Source: Octopus vulgaris
Lineage: Eukaryota
Assembly: GCA_951406725.2 (NCBI GenBank)
Contig: OX597823.1
Location: 103,292,001 to 103,356,000, forward strand
DNA: 64,000 nt
Direction of reading: 5' to 3'
Part shown: positions 53,861 through 64,000 of the stretch, in pieces
How positions within the stretch are numbered: the first letter of the stretch is position 1
Layout: every line of letters starts with the position of its first letter
Translations under genes and position numbers: made by a program
Notes under the pieces: model-generated
What the model was told of the DNA's origin: nothing
The model's input: only the letters and a program-made list of their open reading frames with translations
Database searches by the model: none

Positions 53861-54610
53861 CCCACATACGGGCACATACATACACATGCACATATATAAG
53901 GATATAAGGAAAGGTAGTCCAACAGTAACCATCATGTCTTTTAAAGAATGTAGAACAACATTATCCCAAAGGTTCCTATTCTTACTTATAACGATAGGGC
54001 GTATTTGAAGGGGAATTCAGCTACTATTTCTAGAGATTGAGCGATCACATTCATAGCTGCCTCGTCAGCTCATTATCCTAGTTAGTTATGGGTTGGGTGG
54101 TTTCTGCTGCCACTTGGGTGGCTGCTTGGATGATAGGTGGAGAAAACGTGCTACATTGTGGTCAGGGTATATCCTTTAAATATATGCTGATCGCTTCAAT
54201 ACTGGCTGGCTGTTCCCCCCTTAGCGAGAACAATCTGTGGGAAGGTATCGGAAACATTGTGTGATCTTCAGTCGACAGCTGCGAGGAGATATCCTGCAGT
54301 GCAAGCTGTATGCAAAATATATTATACGACTTGTCTGTCTATGTAAGCTGCAATGAAAGCAGTAAATATACGGGCATTTGACCTTTTACGCAAACGCAGC
54401 TGGATAATCGAAATAACATCAATCGCCGATCCTTTTCAGTTCATATTTGCTGAATAGTTATGGTTAATTAAAACCTAGGCACTTCTCTTTAATCAATGAG
54501 CGAAGAATTAAGTCTTGGGATTGCTTGTCTACTTACACGTACTTATACATATTATACATGCATGAATACATTCATACATGCACAAGCATACACACATATG
54601 TATATGCAAC

Positions 54611-54651
<41 letters not shown>

Positions 54652-54752
54652 GGATGTATATATATAAATATGGATGTATATATATATGGATGTATATATA
54701 TATATATGGATGTATATATATATATATGGATGTATATATATATATATGGATG

Positions 54753-54797
<45 letters not shown>

Positions 54798-55261
54798 GGA
54801 TAGATATGTATGTATAATATATATATATGTATAAATGTGTCTGTGTGTGAGTGTGTGTACATATGTGTATATTTGCAAATATAGAGATAGGTGTGTGTGT
54901 GTGTGTGTGTGTGTGTCTATGTGTTAATGCGCGTATATAATTTAGTCTACAGGTGGTGAATCAGAGAAGAAAACTAATTATTGTGCTCACCCCGCCACAA
55001 GTACACACCCAAACACACGCACATAAGTGATTAAAGAGCTGAAATTAATAATGCAATACAATAAGGTAGAATATGATATCATAAATTGAATAACTGGATG
55101 AATTATCTGATGCGTTGCAGTTAAGTTTCATTCTTTCCTGTTCAGAATCAGATCTACACCTTCAAGACACTTAAAAATCACACGCACACACACATACACA
55201 CACACGCATACACACACACACACACACACATACACACACATACACACACGCACACGCACAT

Positions 55262-55740
55262 GCACAGTAGAGCTACTGGAAGAGACTGAAAGAATTACGA
55301 TTCTATTCCCTGGAGAGAAGACGGAAGAGATATGTAGTGACACACACACTGAAGATCCTGGAGGTGTTGGCATAACTTTGGTATCGAAGAGGTTACCACT
55401 GCACGGTACCAAAAGCCCTGCCCATCGCGTCAACAGTAAAGATTAGGTACTGCAACAGCGTGGGATTCAGAGGCCCACAATCATTTAATATCTTGCTAAA
55501 AAATCTGCGAGATCTGAATGGTGTGGTGGTAGATACGTTCGAGAAGCAACTTGACTTTCTGCTGTCCAAGATCCCAAATGAACCAATACAATGGCAAGAA
55601 ACTCAAAAGAACGCCGCCTTATGAAACCTCATTCACCAAAAACCAACCACATGGGAATGATCATTGAAAGGTGATGATACTGGCGGTGTCCCAGCATGGC
55701 CACAGGCTTTGGGATGAAACGCATACAAAAATAGAAAGAA
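55262..55740 (+). mobile_element. CR1/L2-group LINE 3' end, decayed
   Basis: SYWKRLKELRFYSLERRRKRY ... RGPQSFNILLKNLRDL...DTFEKQLDFLLSKIPNEP; tail ggcggtgtcccagcatggccacagg...tgaaac. Confidence 0.8.
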
Positions 55741-55751
55741 CATATATATAT

Positions 55752-55827
<76 letters not shown>

Positions 55828-55845
55828 CGCATACAAAAATAGAAA

Positions 55846-55926
<81 letters not shown>

Positions 55927-56002
55927 TATATATAAGTATATATATATAAGAAATTAAAAAAGGAAAATACGTACACTTACATAGTTATAATATAATTTTT
56001 AA

Positions 56003-56039
56003 TATATCGACTGGTTTCGCAATCGCTATTCATGATATA
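56003..56039 (-). ncRNA. Minimal hammerhead-like motif (ATGAATA core) upstream of a (TA)n tract
   Basis: tatatc ATGAATA gc-gatt-gc GAAA cca GTC gatata; perfect 6-bp stem I. Confidence 0.55.
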
Positions 56040-56252
56040 ATGTTTAATTTATATGAATATATATTTTTTCTTAAGAAATTTGGTCCATGTTGTTTGTAAT
56101 GAAATTCACGAGTGAATGATTTTACAAGTTGACAAGTAAAGGGAGGTAATTGGTTGTTATTATCGTTATTGATGTGTGTAAGGGAGATAACTGTTTAGGT
56201 TTTGGGTGGGGAATAAATATGTGTACAGAAAGGAGACAGGTTTAAAAAGGCC

Positions 56253-56835
56253 CCTTTTTTAAACCTGACTCCTTTCTGGGAAGGAAGAGCTATTTTTATC
56301 ATCCTTGTGGCTATGGCGAAAGAATGTATCTGGTGGACGCGTCTGAAAGGATTGGAGACAAACACTTTCCTCTCTGGTCAGTCTCTCATCAACTTCTTCA
56401 AGTATCACTTGAAAAGGAAAGTTAGAGTAGAGAGGCAAGTTTTGTCTAGTGAATGTTTTAAAAAAAGATGGGTGAATGTAGCAAGGATGGCACGTATGAA
56501 TGACGAAGCCACCTAGAGTATGATCCTATGAACCGTAAAAATTTAACCGAGGTTACCGTGGTCTTTTCCGTAGGCTTTTCTTTCCACGGGTAAACCTCAC
56601 CTGTCTTCCCCTTTACACTTTATATTGACATTTCTGTGATAACGATCCCTATTGATTGATTTTTTCTTCATCCTTTTATTTTTATTCCCCCCTTTTTTTT
56701 TGCTTTCCTCTTTCTTTCCTTTTACGATCCCTTTTGATCGAAAATCAAACCCCCTTTTTTTATCCCCCAAAAGAAAAGCTCTACCTTGTAATTTGTCCCG
56801 TCTGTGTGCAGCCCTTTGTGGCTAATAAAGAAACA
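56253..56835 (+). mobile_element. Tx1-like LINE 3' end followed by (TATC)n
   Basis: AMAKECIWWTRLK...FKYHLKRKVRVER...FKKRW; pyrimidine-rich 3' UTR ending cagccctttgtggctaataaagaaac. Confidence 0.7.
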
Positions 56836-56841
56836 TATCTG

Positions 56842-56947
<106 letters not shown>

Positions 56948-56948
56948 A

Positions 56949-56980
<32 letters not shown>

Positions 56981-56981
56981 G

Positions 56982-57015
<34 letters not shown>

Positions 57016-57016
57016 A

Positions 57017-57110
<94 letters not shown>

Positions 57111-57690
57111 ATTTCTATCTATCTTTCTATCTATCTATCTTTCTATCTACACAAACACACGTATGTATGAAAAATATACAAAGGCCATATTCTGACCTTT
57201 TCAGTAAATCCGTAAATAGACTTTTGTTGGATCAACAACTCGTTGTCTGCCATAACATTCTTGTTCTTGCTTTTGTCCTTGTTACTGTCGTTTATTGTTA
57301 TCATAGCTGTTGTTATTGTTGTCAATGTCGGTGCTCCTATTGTTGTTTCTGTTGTTGTTCTTGTTATATTTTTGCCCCTACCCCTCCCTTTCTAATATTT
57401 CCATTCCAGATCTAATAGACCCCACTTAGAGCTCCTTTAATACCCTATTTCCGCCCCACCCGTAAAAAAAGTACCCAAATAAGGGGTCTCCAGACATGTA
57501 CAGAATGGAATGCAATATGATCCGTTTCATACCCCTGTGACCCCTAAGTGAGACTAAGTGTTCTTAGCAAAACATGATTGGTTATGTACCAATCCTATGC
57601 TGCCCCTGAACTAAGGGATCTAATGGCTTTTGCAGGGGCAGAGGCAGTCTGCGTGTGTGTGCGCGTACGTGCATGCATGCGCGTGTGTGA

Positions 57691-57741
<51 letters not shown>

Positions 57742-57870
57742 TGTGTGCGCGCGTATATTTTTCTCCCGCTCTCTGCCTACATGCATACATACATGTATAT
57801 ATATTTATATATATAATAATATAAACAATATAAAAACATATGCATATATACATACATATATGTACATACC

Positions 57871-57913
<43 letters not shown>

Positions 57914-58053
57914 ATATCTATATATATATATACACACATATATACATGCATATATATATTTATACATATATACATATATATGTGTATATATATATATATA
58001 CGCGCGCGCACCCACACACACACATCTATATATACACACATACATACATACAT

Positions 58054-58110
<57 letters not shown>

Positions 58111-58550
58111 ATATGTATGTATATATATATATATACACATACATACATAGATAGTATAATAGATAGATAGAGAGATAGATACATAGATAGATATAGATTT
58201 AAATAGATCGGTAGAAACACAGGCAAATATAGCTATATTCGTGTATATATGTTTATCTGTAAATATATATATATATAGTTCAGATTTATAGAAAAAACAA
58301 AGACATAACTAGATATGTATGCATGCAAATAAATATATATATATATATATATATAAGCACACACGCACTGACATACATGGGTCTCTCTTTCGCTCTCACC
58401 CTCTGTTTTGTGTGTGTGTGTGTGTGTGTGCGTGTCTGTTGGCCTGCTAGACATGTTCCGTTGAACCCATGACACCTATAAGCGCTTTATCAGACTGATG
58501 TTAAAGGTTTCAAACAACTTGATGCTCTCTTCGAATCCCTCCTCTCTCTC

Positions 58551-58586
<36 letters not shown>

Positions 58587-58640
58587 AGATAGAATAATGA
58601 ATAGACAGATAGATAGATACGTACATACATGCATACACGA

Positions 58641-58681
<41 letters not shown>

Positions 58682-59004
58682 GAAATATAGTAATGGTTTG
58701 ACAGATTTCTCGGACATTTTCTTTATCTAAAGATATACATTGGTATTAATGGATGACAAGAATACTGGACTGAAAAGAAGTGTTTCGTTTTTTTTTTATT
58801 TAGAAACTATAACGATCTTTCAACATAGCCACAATGTCAGATATTTATGTATCTGCATGTAAGTTTAGTACGGGATTGTTTTACTGAATACATGACGACA
58901 AGATTGCTGCTGATCTATTTTGCTGCGAAATATTAAAACTATTTATGGAAACTATATATTTGGTCGCAGCGAACAAATTATATGATTGAATAACTCTAGA
59001 ACAT

Positions 59005-59738
59005 TTATTCTCTATTGTCTTTCACTTGTGTCTGTCATTGGGTAGAGGCCTTACTGGGCCACTGCTTTGAAGGGTTTTATTTAAACAAATCCACTTCCTA
59101 ATATTTATTATTTCTTTATTGCCGACAAGGGGCTAAACATAGAGGGGAAAAACAAGGACATACAAAGGGATTAAGTCGATTACATCGACACCAGTGCGTA
59201 ACTAGTACTTTATTTATCGACCCCGAAAGGATGAAAGGCAAAGTCGACCTCGGCGGATTTTGAACTCAGACCGTAATGGCAGACGAAATACAGCTACGCA
59301 TTTCGCCCGGCGTGCTAACGATTCTGCCAGCTCGCCGCCTTCAGCCCCCTAATATTTATGTTGCGTTCTAAAAGCGCAGTATTCAGTCTTATCGTTTTCT
59401 TTTGCCAAAACCGCCAAGATGCACGGACGTAAACAAACCAACACTGGTTGTCAATCGGGGGTGAGTGACAAACACAAAGACACGCACACGTACGCACGCA
59501 CACGCACGCACACGCACGCACGCACACGCGCACGCACGCACGCACACGCACGCACGCACACGCACGCACGCACACGCACGCACACGCACGCACGCACACG
59601 CACGCACGCACACGCACGCACGCACACGCACGCACGCACACGCTCGCACGCACACTCACGCACACACACGCACACGCACGCACGCACACGCACGCACGCA
59701 CGCACGCACATGCACGCACGCACACGCACGCACGTACA

Positions 59739-59783
<45 letters not shown>

Positions 59784-59940
59784 GATGGGCTTCTTTTTAC
59801 ATTCCGTCTACCAAATCCAGTATCAAGGATTTGGGCAGTCCGGGGCTAGAGTAGAAGAGCAGTGGCACTGAATCTAACACCAACATTCTTATAGGTCACT
59901 TTTGGGAAGCAAGCTTCTTAACCACACAACAACGCCTCTG
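59005..59940 (-). mobile_element. Old SINE family B with expanded internal (GCAC)n, interrupted by a SINE A at 59109-59341
   Basis: TSD cctaatatttat at 59097-59108 and 59348-59359; SINE B segments resume on both sides. Confidence 0.8.
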
Positions 59941-59973
59941 CCTATATATATGTATATGTGCTATGTTTGTATT

Positions 59974-60060
<87 letters not shown>

Positions 60061-60064
<4 letters not shown>

Positions 60065-60620
60065 TATTAGTGAATGGAAGAAATGGAGTTGAACGAAGAT
60101 TGTACAGAATTCCTTTTATTATTTCTACACATGTTTCAAAGGCCACAAATTTCCAAATTCTGATTAAATAAGGGTACCATATTGTGGCTTTCTCTTCAGG
60201 AAAAAACAGGAATTCCGTTGACAGAACAAAACAAAACAGAGGCGCAGCAACGCAATTCGTCCTCGTTCGAATTGCGTTGCTGCGCCTCTGTTTTGTTTTG
60301 TTCTGACAACGTAATTCCTGTTTTTCCTGAAGAGAAAGCCACAATATGGTACCCTTATTTAATCAGAATTTGGAAATTTGTGGCCTTTGAAACATGTGTA
60401 GAAATAATAAAAGGAATTCTTTACAATCTTCGTTCAACTCCATTTCTTCCATTCACTAATAATATTAAACTTCAATTATCCGCACCAACGCACGGTTGCA
60501 ACACCAAATGGTCTTATCTCCAACCGTGCTTTTTTCTGCTGTGATTTTTGCTACCTAGGTATCGGTTAAACTTTTGAATAATCTGTAACAAGAAAATTCA
60601 TCTTTCTATTTCAACAAATA
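60061..60620 (+). mobile_element. Hammerhead-bearing unit with near-perfect palindrome (arms 60061-60259 and 60268-60465); motifs at 60323-60404 (plus) and 60122-60203 (minus)
   Basis: tttc CTGAAGA gaaagccacaa...ttgtggccttt GAAA catgt GTA gaaa; 3' part homologous to the 12627 unit; (TA)n on both sides. Confidence 0.88.
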
Positions 60621-60701
<81 letters not shown>

Positions 60702-60753
60702 GGAAAAAAATATCAAGATAGAAAATGATAAAATAATTTTATCAAAAACATTT

Positions 60754-60789
60754 CAGTACCGGTTTCAGTCATTGAGACTTTTTCAACTC
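60754..60789 (-). ncRNA. Minimal hammerhead-like motif (TTGAAAA core)
   Basis: ag TTGAAAA agtc-tcaat-gact GAAA ccg GTA ct; palindromic accggt; stem I is weak. Confidence 0.6.
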
Positions 60790-62450
60790 TAAGTATGGAA
60801 AACAATTAAATTTTGGAAAGATTAAAAGAAAAGTTTTTTTTGAAAAGAATATTTGCATAGTATTCAAATACAAGGGGTATTTTTCTTGTTTCTGTCTCTC
60901 TCTGTCTCTCTTGTTTACTCTTGTGGGTTAGAGTTCGTTATGAATTCTTGTCAGGGAAGAAGAAGAAGAAGCTGTTATAATCTGTCTGTCTGCCTGTCAC
61001 TGTCTGTCTGTTTGTCTTTCTCCGTGTATCAATGCCTATGTGTGTGTGCATGTGTGTGTGTGTGTGCATGTGTGTTTGTTTGTGTGCGTCTCCATTTCTT
61101 ACACACACACACACACACACACACGCACGCACGCACATCAAACTGTTGCATTATTTACTGTTTGACACAGACGTGTTCTAAGTTCGGGAACTGTCAGATG
61201 CAATTCATAAATGTTTAATTTTAGTTTAAAAGTCTGCAGAATGCATTGAGTACACTTACCTTCTATTTCTGCACATAAACGCGTGTGTTTGTGTGTGTGT
61301 GTGTACACATATATGTATATGTACATACACACACATACATACATACGCACGTGGCGTTTTCCTGGTGGCCACTTAGTGTAAGGAAGATAATCACTTCTAT
61401 ATAATATTTGGCGGGATTAGGATTTGAATTTGAAGTCGAGGAACAAGGAAGACGATGCATAAAATATACGTATTTAATTTTCCTTTGCTTATTTACTACA
61501 TTACACCCCCCCCCACACGTACAGAGTATATCTTGTGTGGATAGTTAGATGTACGACTGGTGCTGTATAGGTGTTTAGTTTGTATTAAGTAATGTTACTG
61601 GTTATGATATACAGGGCAAATGTGGACAAAAACCAACTCATGTTTATCGTAGTTTCTCCTTCATGCACACACAGACACACACACACACACACACGTGCAC
61701 GCACACACACAATAATATAAATGAGCTGAAGCTTGAAGACAGGACGGAACCCTTTAGGCCTTGTGAGCCTCGGATAAACATAAAGGACCATAAAGTTAAC
61801 TGTGAACCTCAGCCCATTTGTGTTATTGCTTATACTACATCACATTCGGAACCTTCCCTGTGTTGGATTTTGAGCCTATAGTGGACCGTGAACAGTATGC
61901 CAGCCAGAGTATACCCGTGTGTGATTTTTATGCATACGTTCAGTGTATTTGGTCTGTAAATGTGACTGTATGCGTAACGTGAAGGACAAATCAGCATATA
62001 CTCTAGTAAGAACATGAATGTTCGTATACACTGCTGATACAGGTGTATACTGTCCTTATTGTGAAAATACCTCGATTCTAGGGGATCCTAAAAATAATTA
62101 CCCCCCTCCCCCACACAAGGTTCAAGATTGTACAAAAATATTTGAAATGACGTATAAATATACGCTTACGTGGTCACCCCAGTTTCATCCTACCTGACAG
62201 GGCTTCCTCCTCTCTTGTACTCTCGTCTCCTTCCAGACGCTCTCAGACCTTTGCAATCTCTCCTGAACCTTTTTGCCACAACTCCAACCGGATTGCCATC
62301 GGAACTTTATACTTCAAGGATTCTACCATCATGGATCTTATTGTACACTGTTAATGGTTTATATATATATATATATATATATAAGAATTTTTTGCGTAAT
62401 AAGATAAAAAACCAAGGGTGTATAGATATTAGAGCATTTATAGATAGAAG

Positions 62451-62504
62451 GTCTTACAGTTGTTTCTAGGATATTAATTAATAATAATATCCCTTCATCG
62501 GAGA
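62451..62504 (-). ncRNA. Hammerhead-like motif (CCGATGA core) in a unit at 62383-62560 between (TA)n tracts
   Basis: tct CCGATGA agggatatta...taatatccta GAAA caact GTA aga. Confidence 0.65.
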
Positions 62505-62559
62505 TGGTGTGAGAGGAAAATTAATTCATAGTTAGTTTAGATGTGATACAAAATAGACA

Positions 62560-62601
<42 letters not shown>

Positions 62602-64000
62602 GAAAAAATATTAAATAGTGCAATACAGTAGTATTGCTTCCCAGTAAAACAAAGCACCATCAGGTTAAATTATAAATATAGGAAAGTGGTACAACAATGC
62701 ACCAATATTTACTGGCAATAGCAGTCGATAATATACACCGCTACAGTAAAGCTTCGCTGTATATATATATATATATATATATATAAAACTAGAATTGAAA
62801 AATTCGCACGTTCAAAAGGGTTACAGAATGTGATAATAAACCTTAAAAAGTATGCAACTAGTCGTATTTGTTTATTATCAGATGGAGAGGAACTGAACAA
62901 CAGCTAGTATATTATGAGCTGTACTATAAAGAAATGTATTTAAAAAAATATTATTAATATTCATTTTTAGAAAATCATTAGCGATATCTAAAATGACATA
63001 GCATACAACGAAGAAGCGGTGAAAATGAGTAAGACAAAGTTCTCGAAGACAGCTGAATGCCAAACTATCGCACATTGGTTGATTGAATTAAAAATTAATC
63101 AATAAAACGCGATCACCACGCAAACGGCCACGGTTCCCATACACTTTCATTCGCAACCTCGGCTTATATTGTCAGACACACAGCAGACTAGATTGTAACA
63201 TTCTGTTATCGGTTACTGCGTGCCTGACAGATAAAGAGAGAGGGAGAGAGAGAGAGAGAACGATAGATGATAGACAGAGAAAAGTATATCTACAAGATGG
63301 AAATCAAAGAATATATTGATGCCGACACCAATTTTCGTAATGGAGACGTTATTGGAATATTGAAAAATGTGGTTCTATTACAATAGAATCTGATAATAGA
63401 AGCATAATACTTTAATAATTATTAGCGTAACAAGTTTCAAAGCCATGAGACAAACGTATGCGTAGACATTATACTGAAAAACGAATATTGAAGAACATTA
63501 TCTAAGACTTCATATCTAATTTGGCCGAATCATTTACAAGTTCGCTTCTTAATCACGAAGCCCCCCGTTCGATTCCATTGAGTGACATTTTGAGCAAGTG
63601 TTATTTTCCAATAACCTAGTGTCGTCCAAGCCTTGTGAATGAGATCGAGTAGATGGAAACTATTTAGAAGCCCACCTGTTGGACTATACCTGTAATTAAA
63701 AGGTACAGCTTTGTCACATTGATTCTTCCTGAGAATCGATTACATTACGGTGTAGTACTCAGCCACTTATATGTTAATTCAGTCGATAAATCATGGAAAC
63801 CAACGGAGATCCATTTACTTACTTAACTTGTTCAAAGTGTCATTTCATTTTTAAGTTGTAAAATTTGATCCAAATTTGACTGCTAATCTTGGCAGATCGA
63901 ACGACAACGTAGAGTCTCCGTCATTGGCCCATTCATCAGTAAGTTAGTAATGAGGGATCCTCTATGTAGTCGTTTTACTTACAAGAAAAAGCAACCAAAT

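Noticed and set aside
54952-55000. RRKLIIVLTP resembling a TIR-domain motif
   Set aside because: Ten-residue match only, with no flanking domain sequence; probably chance.

Overview
AT-rich eukaryotic (animal) intronic or intergenic DNA, saturated with (TA)n, (CA)n, (TATG)n, (TAA)n, (CTTT)n and (TATC)n microsatellites. The SINE families and repeat landscape look like an octopus genome; this is recognition from memory, not a search. No host gene can be called, and nearly all ORFs in the track are microsatellite translations. The only intact long ORF is a 5'-truncated CR1-type LINE ORF2 (30388-33276, minus). The rest is a transposon graveyard: one full-length dead mariner and several internally deleted ones, Chapaev and pogo/Tigger remnants, Helitron ends, RTE, Tx1, CR1-like and R4/Dong LINE fragments, four tRNA-derived SINE families, and a satellite with 14/70/280-bp hierarchy. 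The main unexplained signal is about 19 type-I hammerhead-ribozyme-like motifs. They sit in short non-coding units, mostly embedded in or abutting (TA)n tracts, and several have long inverted duplications. They fit Penelope-like pseudo-LTR or retrozyme-type elements of several families, some with non-canonical cores and compensatory stem changes. Two SINE/LINE shared 3' tails are also visible within the window. All structures were read by eye; none was folded computationally or searched.
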